DNA from: an uncultured delta proteobacterium | GTDB taxonomy: Bacteria > Desulfobacterota > Desulfobacteria > Desulfobacterales > B30-G6 | NCBI GenBank assembly: GCA_963823335.1 | Contig: CAWGLD010000005.1 | Coordinates: 384,001-448,000 of the forward strand | DNA length: 64,000 bases | Direction: 5' to 3' | In this document: positions 1 through 8,346 of the stretch, piece after piece | Numbering within the stretch: the stretch's first letter is position 1 | Layout of the letters: each line of letters begins with the position of its first letter | The notes under the pieces: model-generated | Database searches by the model: none | The model's input: the letters and a program-made list of their open reading frames with translations, nothing else | What the model was told of the DNA's origin: nothing | Translations under genes and position numbers: made by a program

Positions 1-645
1 TTTGAGCCACATCTTCCAGACAATGGGACGGTGCTCCGAATCCTTTCTGCCCGTTTCCAGATCATCGATCCAGGCCCTTTTGATTACCGGGATGTCCAGA
101 AGCGTGAATGTCGCACGGTAGTTCCAAAAACGCCTGGATTCCACGCGTTTCTGCTTACGGACCAGGTCGCTTGTCGGTTTCAGGCCCGGTGATCCAGGCG
201 CACCTAGCCCGAGGAATCGAATTGACCGGGGACTGGCCTTGTTGGGATACCTGCTGAAAAGAAAGATCGGGGGAACGTGGCATCTGGGGTCTATACTGCC
301 GTGCAGACTTTTGAATATTTTTCTGAGGATCAAATTTCCATGCCTGGGTGTGTCATGGATGCCATGTTCAGGGGACCTGTTGTCACCATAACAGACAACC
401 GTTCCGGATTCAGGATCGATTGTATCTGCCCATAGCCGGTTGTCGGTGGTGATGGTTATGATGAGGTAGTTCAGGCTTTCCGCAGACCCACAATAACGAA
501 AACCGCCCGAATTCCCGCCTTTCAGTAGTCGGGCAAGTGGATCATCGGAAAGATTGCCGGTGTCGCCACCTTCATAAACAGTACCTGCCGTCAGGTGGAC
601 ACCTTCCAACTGTGCAAAGGGTATGATCGTCATCTTGCTATTCAT
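1..645 (-). CDS. AspBHI/MspJI-family modification-dependent restriction endonuclease, N-terminal SRA-like domain (truncated at window edge)
   Basis: Not in the ORF track. Manual translation from ATG 645: MNSKMTIIPF...VYEGG...DDPLARLL..GNSGGFRY...WADTIDPESG..VCYGDNNRS...IHDTPRHGNLILRKIF...VPPIFLF...RFLGLGAPGS...DLV...RFWNYRATFTLLD..VIKRAWI...WKMWLK, open to base 1. The motifs match the AspBHI N-terminal domain as recalled. Confidence 0.85.
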   Translation of the reverse strand, partial: MNSKMTIIPFAQLEGVHLTAGTVYEGGDTGNLSDDPLARLLKGGNSGGFRYCGSAESLNYLIITITTDNRLWADTIDPESGTVVCYGDNRSPEHGIHDTPRHGNLILRKIFKSLHGSIDPRCHVPPIFLFSRYPNKASPRSIRFLGLGAPGSPGLKPTSDLVRKQKRVESRRFWNYRATFTLLDIPVIKRAWIDDLETGRKDSEHRPIVWKMWLK

Positions 646-1072
646 TATTCGGATTTAGAATTTGTTTCAGCCTAATATCTAAAATAATAAACCCTTGCAG
701 GATTGTAAACAGAGCCGGGCTCTTTGGCTTCGGGTTTCTATTTTCTTAATCGACTGTCCAGAAGGCAAATCAGCATGAAAGGAAGTTCATAGACAAATTC
801 TATGATAAACCCCAATATGGGCGTGATCAGAAGGGCGGGCAGCTTGAAAAAGATGAAAAAAACCTGGGATTCTGTCCTTCTGTCAGTAACGCTTGATCGC
901 TTGACTTTCATGGTGGCTTCATCCGTTTGTCTGCAAGAAATTGCTGCACATATAGCATAATTACAATCGAGAATCCATACCGGTTCGCAATTGATGGACA
1001 ATTAAATCAAAAAGCAGTATAGTTAAAAAAAATGGGTATACGATCTTATTGGGAATCGGGTTTGACAGGACA

Positions 1073-1996
1073 ATGGATCAGAAGCTTCAAGTAGATATCG
1101 GCGGGGGACTCCTGCTCAAGAACCCGGTGATGACGGCATCGGGAACATTCGGTTACGGTAGTGAGTATACTGAATTCGTCGATCTGAACCACCTGGGGGG
1201 TATCATTGTCAAGGGCCTGTCATTGAAACCGTCTAAAGGAAACCCACCACCGAGGATCGTGGAAACCCCGGGTGGTATGCTGAATGCAATCGGTCTTGAA
1301 AACGTCGGTATCGACGCATTCATATCCAAAAAACTAGCCTTCCTGAAAAATTTCCAGACACCGGTCATTACCAATATTTATGGTAGGGACATGGACGAAT
1401 ACGCGGCCCTGGCCCTACGTGTGGAAGAAACAGAGGGGATTGCCGGTGTGGAGGTCAATATTTCCTGCCCCAATGTCAAGCTCGGGGGTATCGCCTTTGG
1501 TGCCGACCCTGCTTCCGCGCATCGGGTTGTCCAGGCCGTAAGGAAACAAACCAGCAAGCATGTAATGGTGAAACTGTCACCCAATGTTACAGATATTGTT
1601 GAAATTGCCGGTCGTGTGGCGGATGCCGGTGCGGATTCGCTGTCCTTGATCAACACCCTTACGGGAATGGCCGTGGATATTGATACCTGCCGGCCGAAAC
1701 TGGCTAACATTACCGGCGGTCTTTCCGGTCCGGCCATCAAGCCCATCGCCTTGCGCATGGTCTGGCAGGTTGCCCAAAAAGTCAAGATCCCGGTGATCGG
1801 CGTAGGGGGCATCATGACGGCCCAAGATGCCCTGGAATTTCTGATTGTAGGGGCCACGGCAGTCCAGGTGGGGACGGCTAGTTTTGTCAATCCCCGTGCG
1901 ACCATGGAGATCGTGGATGGGTTGGCGTGTTTTGCCGTGCAGAAGAAACTTGACAGTATCATGGACATTGTCGGTGCTCTCAATAAAAACATATAA
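1073..1996 (+). CDS. pyrD: Dihydroorotate dehydrogenase family 1B catalytic subunit
   Basis: LKNPVMTASGTFG, GNPPPRIVET, NISCPN, VKLSPN and GGLSGPAIKP motifs; start taken at ATG 1073. Confidence 0.95.
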   Translation: MDQKLQVDIGGGLLLKNPVMTASGTFGYGSEYTEFVDLNHLGGIIVKGLSLKPSKGNPPPRIVETPGGMLNAIGLENVGIDAFISKKLAFLKNFQTPVITNIYGRDMDEYAALALRVEETEGIAGVEVNISCPNVKLGGIAFGADPASAHRVVQAVRKQTSKHVMVKLSPNVTDIVEIAGRVADAGADSLSLINTLTGMAVDIDTCRPKLANITGGLSGPAIKPIALRMVWQVAQKVKIPVIGVGGIMTAQDALEFLIVGATAVQVGTASFVNPRATMEIVDGLACFAVQKKLDSIMDIVGALNKNI

Positions 1997-2019
1997 AATG
2001 TTAAGGAAAGGATGCAAAG

Positions 2020-2457
2020 ATGAAACGATTCTTGTTCTGGTTGATCTGTTTGCTGCTGGTAATCGGGGGAAGGGCTATGGCAGAAGAGGCCGATGCCATT
2101 GTCGGGGAGTGGTACACTGAAGAGAGCAAGGCGCTGGTGGAGATTTACAAAGCCGACGAGGTTTACAACGGCAAAATTGTCTGGCTCAAGGAACCCAAAA
2201 ACGAGGATGGTTCTGAAAAACTGGACACCAACAATCCTGACGAGTCCAAACAGGGCAACCCCATCATTGGGTTAAACCTGGTGAACGGGTTTGTCTACCA
2301 GGGCAAGAACAAGTGGGCAGACGGGACGATTTATGATCCCGACAACGGCAAGACCTATTCCTGTAAAATGACATTGAATGAAGACAATACCCTGAAAGTG
2401 CGAGGGTTTATCGGCATATCCCTGATCGGAAGAACTCAGGTGTGGGTAAGCAAATAA
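2020..2457 (+). CDS. DUF2147-family exported protein
   Basis: Signal peptide; G-W-T, GKIVW, D-NNPD, GTIYDPDNGKTY and RGFIGISLIGRTQVW motifs. Confidence 0.85.
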   Translation: MKRFLFWLICLLLVIGGRAMAEEADAIVGEWYTEESKALVEIYKADEVYNGKIVWLKEPKNEDGSEKLDTNNPDESKQGNPIIGLNLVNGFVYQGKNKWADGTIYDPDNGKTYSCKMTLNEDNTLKVRGFIGISLIGRTQVWVSK

Positions 2458-2478
2458 ATTCGCTGCGCGAATTTATTT
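2452..2478. repeat. Repeat family B, partial (hairpin 2 only)
   Basis: AAATAAATTCGC-TGC-GCGAATTTATTT perfect inverted repeat overlapping the TAA of the DUF2147 gene. Confidence 0.75.
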
Positions 2479-2530
2479 GCGTGATATCGTGATAAACGAT
2501 CTTTATTTTTTTTACTTTATCCGGGTTAGG
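2479..2530 (-). repeat. Repeat family A (CACGAAA element), terminal fragment
   Basis: CGTGATATCGTGATAAACGATC...TTTATCCGGGTTAGG matches the ends of the copies at 42477-42558 and 38653-38685. Confidence 0.7.
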
Positions 2531-2578
2531 ATGAAGATAATTTGGTTTGCAACGCAAAAATGTTAAAAGGAGCACATC

Positions 2579-3160
2579 ATGATGAAAAGAATTTTGGTTC
2601 TGCTGACAATGCTGGTATTTATGGTGGGGACGTGGTCCGTGGGTTTTGCAGGGGACATGGAAATCCTGGGAGTGACCTTTCCGGGAGAAAAGGTGATCGA
2701 GGGTAAAACACTGATACTGAACGGGGTTGCCTACCGTAAGGCACTCGTGGTGGTCAAGGTGTTTGTCCAAGGTCTCTATCTGGAAAAACCAACCCAGGAT
2801 GCGGATGAAGTGATCAACTCCGAGCAGGTGAAACACCTGGTGACGCACTATCTCACCAACAAAGCAACTGCTGAAAAACTACAGGAAGGGGTACTGGAAG
2901 CCATGGGAGCGTGCAATCCTCCGGAACTGGTTGCTGATCACCAAGCCGATATCGATCGCTATGTGTCCTGGATGGACAAGGACATGGCACCTGGTTTGAC
3001 AGCCGAATCGACCTATGTGCCGGACAAAGGTTTCATGTACACCTACCAGGGTGTAATGAAGGGTACGATTCCCGGCTCTGAATTCATGAAGATGTATTAC
3101 CGTACGAATGTAGGGGAAAATGCTCAGGAACGGGTCCGGAAGGGGTTGCTGGGACTCTAG
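2579..3160 (+). CDS. Chalcone isomerase-like exported protein
   Basis: Signal peptide; GVTFP, LILNG-A-R, VKVFVQGLYL and C-terminal RKGLLG typical of CHI-fold bacterial proteins. Confidence 0.75.
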   Translation: MMKRILVLLTMLVFMVGTWSVGFAGDMEILGVTFPGEKVIEGKTLILNGVAYRKALVVVKVFVQGLYLEKPTQDADEVINSEQVKHLVTHYLTNKATAEKLQEGVLEAMGACNPPELVADHQADIDRYVSWMDKDMAPGLTAESTYVPDKGFMYTYQGVMKGTIPGSEFMKMYYRTNVGENAQERVRKGLLGL

Positions 3161-3168
3161 ATCAGCTC

Positions 3169-3238
3169 GTTAGGCTGAAGACCGTTAGGCATTTAGGCGC
3201 CTACAGTCTTCAGTCTAATAGCCTAATAGCCTAAAAGG
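3169..3238. repeat. Repeat family D: short-period (TAGGC/GCCTA) inverted repeat between convergent genes
   Basis: TTAGGCTGAAGAC...GTCTTCAGTCTAA followed by TAGCCTAA repeats. Confidence 0.7.
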
Positions 3239-4777
3239 CTATAGCGACTGCGATGTCTTAACCGGATTCTCTTTCAAATACTCTAATCTGTTCAATCCAT
3301 TGATATAGGCTTTGGCGCTGGCGATGATGATGTCGGCATCCGACCCCCTGCCAAGCGCTACTAAACCGTTCTCCCTCAACCGCACGGTAACCTCTCCCAG
3401 TGCATCCGTGCCACCCGTCAAGGCGCTGACCGAAAATCTGCGCAGTTCAGATGCGGTGCCTGTGAGCTTGGCGATGGTATTGAATGCGGAGTCGATGGGT
3501 CCGTTGCCATAGCCTGCGCCTGTAATGGATCGGCCGTTGATGGACAGTTTGACACTGGCCATGGGTATGATGGTGGTGCCGCTGTTGACATGCAGGTACT
3601 CCAGTTTGAAAACCTGTTCAGTGCGCAGGATTTCTTCTGTGACCAGCGCTTCAAGATCCTCATCCACTACGTGTTTCTTTTTGTCGGCCAACTCCTTGAA
3701 CAGCTGAAACACGGTTTCCAGTTCTGATTCCGAAAGCTCGTATCCCAGTTCTTTCAGGTGGGTGTAAAGGGCGTGCCTGCCTGAGTGCTTGCCAAGAACC
3801 AGGCGATTTTTGCTGAGTCCGATGGTTTCCGGTTTCATGATCTCATATGTCATACGGTTCTTGAGAACCCCATCCTGATGGATGCCTGCTTCATGGGCAA
3901 AGGCATTGGCGCCCACGATGGCCTTGTTTGGTTGCACGTTCATACCGCTGATCATGCTTACCAGGCGGCTGGTGGGATAGATCAGTTCGGTTTTGATACC
4001 GGTGGACAATGCATAGAAATTGGGCCGCGTTCTGATGGCCATGACAACTTCCTCGAGGGACGTGTTGCCGGCTCTTTCACCGATTCCGTTGATGGTGACT
4101 TCAGCCTGACGAGCTCCCGCATTGATAGCGGCCAGTGTGTTGGCGGTTGCCAGGCCCAGGTCGTCGTGGCAGTGCACACTGAAAGTGGCGTTGTGGATAT
4201 TGGGCGTGTGGCCCATGGTATACGTGACCAGGTCTGCAAACTCATCCGGAACTGCATACCCGACCGTGTCCGGCAGGTTCACAGTGCTGGCGCCTGCTCC
4301 GATGCAAGCTTCGAAGACCTTGCAGAGATAGTCACGGTCGCTGCGGGAGCCGTCCTCGGCCGAAAACTCGATGTTGTCTGTGAGTGTTCTGGCGTAGGTG
4401 ATGGCCTCTACGGCGGACTGAACGACCTGATCCCGGGTCATGCGCAGTTTATATTCCAGGTGGATATCGGATGTGGCGATGAAAATATGGAGTCTGGGCT
4501 TGGCTGAGTGCTTGATGGCTTGCCAGGCACGATCGATGTCATCCTTGGAAGTGCGCGCCAGAGCTGCGACTTCCACTTTTTTGAGCCGCCCGGCAATGGC
4601 TGAAACAGCTTCGAAATCACCTTCCGATGCCGCCGGAAATCCGGCCTCCAATATGTCGACACCGAGATTTTCCAGCTGGACCGCCAGACGCAGTTTTTCG
4701 CCAGTATTCATGCTTGCTCCGGGGGATTGCTCTCCGTCGCGCAGGGTTGTGTCAAATATTTTAATGATGTCGGTCAT
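3239..4777 (-). CDS. leuA: 2-isopropylmalate synthase
   Basis: FDTTLRDGEQSPG, HCHDDLG, GIGERAGN, HEAGIHQDG, LGKHSGRH and C-terminal regulatory domain. Confidence 0.95.
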   Translation of the reverse strand: MTDIIKIFDTTLRDGEQSPGASMNTGEKLRLAVQLENLGVDILEAGFPAASEGDFEAVSAIAGRLKKVEVAALARTSKDDIDRAWQAIKHSAKPRLHIFIATSDIHLEYKLRMTRDQVVQSAVEAITYARTLTDNIEFSAEDGSRSDRDYLCKVFEACIGAGASTVNLPDTVGYAVPDEFADLVTYTMGHTPNIHNATFSVHCHDDLGLATANTLAAINAGARQAEVTINGIGERAGNTSLEEVVMAIRTRPNFYALSTGIKTELIYPTSRLVSMISGMNVQPNKAIVGANAFAHEAGIHQDGVLKNRMTYEIMKPETIGLSKNRLVLGKHSGRHALYTHLKELGYELSESELETVFQLFKELADKKKHVVDEDLEALVTEEILRTEQVFKLEYLHVNSGTTIIPMASVKLSINGRSITGAGYGNGPIDSAFNTIAKLTGTASELRRFSVSALTGGTDALGEVTVRLRENGLVALGRGSDADIIIASAKAYINGLNRLEYLKENPVKTSQSL

Positions 4778-4786
4778 GGGTCATCT

Positions 4787-4870
4787 CCTGTCCCGGACAA
4801 GCCGGAAGAGTTGTTTAACACGAAAACACAAAAGTACGAAATCACGAAAAGAAGCATAAAAAAATTCGTG
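4787..4870 (+). repeat. Repeat family A, partial
   Basis: CCTGTCCCGGACAAGCCGGAAGAG...CACGAAAACACAAAAGTACGAAATCACGAAAA. Confidence 0.7.
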
Positions 4871-4941
4871 GAGGGTAGACCGCAGGTGCGGGCATCGGGC
4901 CTTTCCTGCGGTGGAGATTCCTTTTTCAGGGAATGCGGGTC

Positions 4942-6555
4942 TCATGGTGCTTTCCTGATCTTTTCTTCATAGGCCAGCTTATATTGAAAACTGTCCGCAA
5001 GTGCCTGCCAGCTGGCTTCAATGATATCTTCGGATACACCAATGGTGCTCCACAGGTGATCCTGATCCCTGGATTCGATGAGAACACGTACCTTTGCGGC
5101 GGTACCGACCCGACCGTCAATGACGCGAACCTTAAAATCTACCAGCTGCATCATATCTAGATCCGGATAGAATTTGTCGAGAGCTTTTCGCAGGGCATTG
5201 TCGAGAGCACTGACCGGTCCATAACCCTCTGCTGCCGTAATTTCCTGGTTTCCATCGACGGAAATCTTGATCGTGGCACGAGCGCTGCAGGGCTGATCCT
5301 TGTCTTTTTCAATGGTCACCCGGAACGATTCCAGGTCAAACAGGGGGGTAAACTGTTCGGTCAATTTTTCGGCTAAAATCTTAAAAGACCCGTCGGCCAC
5401 ATCGAACTGATAACCATCCTGCTCAAGTTCCTTTATCCGGGAAACAATGCGCTTGCTGTCAAAACCGTTGCCGCCCAGTTTGACACCAAACTCGGCCGCC
5501 TTGTATTCGATGTTGCTCTTGCCCGAAAGATCGGAGACAAGTACCCGCTGGGTATTTCCCACCAGCTCCGGGCGCATGTGTTCATAGGCCCTGGGCATTT
5601 TCATGATGGCGTTTACATGAATCCCGCCCTTGTGCGCAAAAGCGCTTTTTCCCACAAAGGGTCTGGAATTCAAGGGAACGAGGTTGGCTGTTTCAGACAC
5701 GTAGCCGGACAGGGAGCGCAACTGGGAAAGGTTTTCCCTGGGGATGCAGCGGATACCCATTTTCTCGCTGAGAATTGGTATGATGGACGTGAGGTCGGCA
5801 TTCCCACAACGTTCACCATAACCGTTGATGGTACCCTGCACCATGGTCAGGCCTGAGCGGACGGCCGTAATTGAATTGGCCACTCCGAGCCCGCAATCGT
5901 TATGGGCGTGGATACCGAATTTCGGTTTCAAGGCATCAGCAAAAAGTACACTGTCTGTCTCGATTTGCTCGAATATTTCCTGAATAATGCTTTCGACCTC
6001 GAAGGGCAGGGTCCCGCCGTTCGTATCACAAAGAACGATAACGTCAGCGCCGGCCTTTATGGCTGCTGAGATTGTCAGATAGGTATATTCCTTGTTTTCT
6101 TTGAAGCCGTCAAAAAAATGTTCGGCATCGTAGATGACTTCTTTGTGATTGCTTTTGAGATACTCGATTGACTCGGATATCATGGCCAAATTTTCAGAAA
6201 GCGTATTCTCCATGACCTTTTCCACATGGAAATCCCAGGATTTCCCAAAGATGGTCATCACCGGGGAATGGGTTTCAAGCAATGCCTTCAGGTTTGCATC
6301 GTCTTCGGGTGAGATACCGGGTTTGCGCGTAGCACCGAAGGCTGCCAATCGGGCCTGTTTGAATTTGACTCTTCTGGCCATGTCAAAAAACTGGATATCC
6401 TTTGGGTTGGAACCCGGCCATCCGCCTTCGATATAGTGAATGCCCATTTTGTCCAGACGCTCAGCTATCTTGACTTTTTCGTCGGCCGAAAAACTGATGT
6501 TTTCTCCCTGTGTTCCATCCCTCAGGGTTGTGTCATATAAAGAAATCGGTTCCAT
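4942..6555 (-). CDS. cimA: Citramalate synthase
   Basis: YDTTLRDGTQGE, IEGGWPGSNPKD, FGKSWDFHV, YDAEHFFDG, FAHKGGIHV and WSTIGVSEDIIEASW. Confidence 0.92.
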   Translation of the reverse strand: MEPISLYDTTLRDGTQGENISFSADEKVKIAERLDKMGIHYIEGGWPGSNPKDIQFFDMARRVKFKQARLAAFGATRKPGISPEDDANLKALLETHSPVMTIFGKSWDFHVEKVMENTLSENLAMISESIEYLKSNHKEVIYDAEHFFDGFKENKEYTYLTISAAIKAGADVIVLCDTNGGTLPFEVESIIQEIFEQIETDSVLFADALKPKFGIHAHNDCGLGVANSITAVRSGLTMVQGTINGYGERCGNADLTSIIPILSEKMGIRCIPRENLSQLRSLSGYVSETANLVPLNSRPFVGKSAFAHKGGIHVNAIMKMPRAYEHMRPELVGNTQRVLVSDLSGKSNIEYKAAEFGVKLGGNGFDSKRIVSRIKELEQDGYQFDVADGSFKILAEKLTEQFTPLFDLESFRVTIEKDKDQPCSARATIKISVDGNQEITAAEGYGPVSALDNALRKALDKFYPDLDMMQLVDFKVRVIDGRVGTAAKVRVLIESRDQDHLWSTIGVSEDIIEASWQALADSFQYKLAYEEKIRKAP

Positions 6556-6566
6556 TGGATTCTTCC

Positions 6567-7625
6567 CTATTTGGAAAATTCACGGTTTTCAGGTCTTAGC
6601 GAGCGAACAGCCGCACCGGCTTGCCACATTTCGGAATTCTTGATTACATCGAGTTCTTCCTGGAGTTTTTCCCGGTAGTCGGGCTGACTGTTTTTGTCGA
6701 GAGTCCTTGCAACTTCTTTCCCGGAAACAACGCTTTGGTACAATTCTGTAAAAACAGGTGCCACTGCATCACGGAATTTGGGGGCCCAATCGAGGGCGCC
6801 TCTCTGGGCTGTGGTGCTGCAGTTGGCAAACATCCAGTCCATACCATTTTCAGCTACAAGGCGGATAAGGCTTTGGGTCAGTTCCTCAACGGTTTCATTG
6901 AAAGCCTCGCTGGGGCTGTGTCCATTTTTCCGCAGGATGTGGTATTGTGCTTCCATGACGCCTGCAAGACACCCCATGAGCACACCACGCTCACCGGTGA
7001 GATCGCTGTAAACTTCATTCTGAAAAGTGGTGGGGAACAGGTAGCCGGATCCGATGGCGATGCCGGTTGCAAGGGCCCGGTCTGTGGCTTTCCCTGTAAA
7101 GTCCTGGTGGACGGCATAACTCGAGTTGATGCCGCTTCCTTCCAGAAAATTGGCACGTACACTCCTTCCGGAACCCTTGGGAGCTACCAGGATAACATCC
7201 ACGTTTTTGGGAGGAATGATGCTTGTCTGGTCTTTGAAAGCGATGGAAAACCCATGAGAAAAATAAAGAGCATCCCCTTCATTCAGGCCTTTTTTAACCA
7301 TGGGCCAGGTGGATACCTGCCCGGCATCGGAGAGCAGAAACTGTACCAATGTGGCGCGTTGGGCTGCCTCCTCAATGGGAAAAAGGGTTTCACCAGGGAC
7401 AAAACCATCGGATACGGCACGGTCCCAGGAGGATGTTCCCTGGCGCTGCCCGATGATTACCTTCAGCCCATTATCTCTCATATTCATTGCCTGCCCTGGT
7501 CCTTGCACACCATATCCCAGGACTGCGATGGTTTCATTTTTAAGAATATTTCTTGCCTTTTCCAGGGTAAATTCTTCCGAAGTGATGACATTTTCTTCAA
7601 CACCGCCAAAATTGATTGTTGCCAT
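6567..7625 (-). CDS. ilvC: Ketol-acid reductoisomerase
   Basis: GYGVQGPGQ, APKGSG, SDLTGERGVLMG and NCSTTAQRGALDW. Confidence 0.95.
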   Translation of the reverse strand: MATINFGGVEENVITSEEFTLEKARNILKNETIAVLGYGVQGPGQAMNMRDNGLKVIIGQRQGTSSWDRAVSDGFVPGETLFPIEEAAQRATLVQFLLSDAGQVSTWPMVKKGLNEGDALYFSHGFSIAFKDQTSIIPPKNVDVILVAPKGSGRSVRANFLEGSGINSSYAVHQDFTGKATDRALATGIAIGSGYLFPTTFQNEVYSDLTGERGVLMGCLAGVMEAQYHILRKNGHSPSEAFNETVEELTQSLIRLVAENGMDWMFANCSTTAQRGALDWAPKFRDAVAPVFTELYQSVVSGKEVARTLDKNSQPDYREKLQEELDVIKNSEMWQAGAAVRSLRPENREFSK

Positions 7626-7654
7626 GAATGACTCCTTTATAAATAGTTATTAGT

Positions 7655-7695
7655 GTTCGTTAAGTTTATTGGGTTTATCGAGTATATTGAGTTCA
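7655..7695. repeat. About 9-nt periodic degenerate tandem repeat (GTTTATTGR-like)
   Basis: GTTCGTTAA GTTTATTGG GTTTATCGA GTATATTGA GTTC. Confidence 0.55.
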
Positions 7696-7705
7696 TAATG
7701 ATAAG

Positions 7706-7780
7706 CAGGCTTGAATGCTATACTGCTTTTCGCTTTGGCTGCCAGCAACCCTCGTATCACCCTCGGACCCTTGAACCCTG
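7706..7780 (-). repeat. Repeat family C (GGGTTCAAGGG...GAGGGTGATACRAGGG)
   Basis: Reverse complement AGGGTTCAAGGGTCCGAGGGTGATACGAGGGTTG matches the copies at 39976 and 48019/48124. Confidence 0.8.
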
Positions 7781-7785
7781 CTCTA

Positions 7786-8274
7786 TTAATTCGGCTCCCT
7801 GAACAGCGCCAGCGCTCCTGTCCTGGCAATTTTCTTGATCCCCATTGGCTTTAAAAGGCTGATGAAGGCATTGATTTTATCTTCGTTTCCGGAGACTTCG
7901 ATAATGTAGTGCTCCAGGCCGGTGTCCACCACTTTACACCGGAAAATGCTGACGATTCGCAGAATTTCGGCACGATTTTCAGGTTTGGCCTTCACACAAA
8001 TCAGTGCCATCTCACGTTTGACGGCATTTTTTCCGGAAAGATCCCTGAGCTTGATAACATTGATCAGTTTTCTGAGCTGCTTTTCGATCTGTTCGATCTC
8101 AGGCAGGTTTGCATTGGTCACCAGTGTGATTCTGGATACCAGTGGATCGATGGTGGGTGCCACCACCAGGCTTTCGATATTGTATCCCCTGGCGCTGAAA
8201 AGCCCGACGACTCTCGATAAGACACCGGGTTCATTGTCCACCAGCATGGTCAGGATATGCTTTTCTTCATTCAT
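7786..8274 (-). CDS. ilvN: Acetolactate synthase small subunit
   Basis: ACT domain LVDNEPGVLSRVVGLFSARGYNIESL; QIEKQLRKLINV; ARTG. Confidence 0.95.
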   Translation of the reverse strand: MNEEKHILTMLVDNEPGVLSRVVGLFSARGYNIESLVVAPTIDPLVSRITLVTNANLPEIEQIEKQLRKLINVIKLRDLSGKNAVKREMALICVKAKPENRAEILRIVSIFRCKVVDTGLEHYIIEVSGNEDKINAFISLLKPMGIKKIARTGALALFREPN

Positions 8275-8303
8275 GTGTTAGATCCTTTATCCCTTGGTAT
8301 GTA

Positions 8304-8346
8304 AGCGACAACGTCGCGTCAGATAAAATTGGGCAACAATTTTATT
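8304..8346 (+). repeat. Repeat family B (double hairpin)
   Basis: GCGAC-AAC-GTCGC followed by ATAAAATTG-GGCAA-CAATTTTAT, abutting the ilvB stop. Confidence 0.8.

Noticed and set aside
738-1001. 87-aa minus-strand ORF upstream of the restriction gene
   Set aside because: Non-ATG start, no recognisable motif or SD; probably intergenic.
6621-7631. 336-aa plus-strand ORF
   Set aside because: Antisense shadow of ilvC; the same applies to the many ORFs opposite leuA, ilvB, secD, the radical SAM gene and coaBC.
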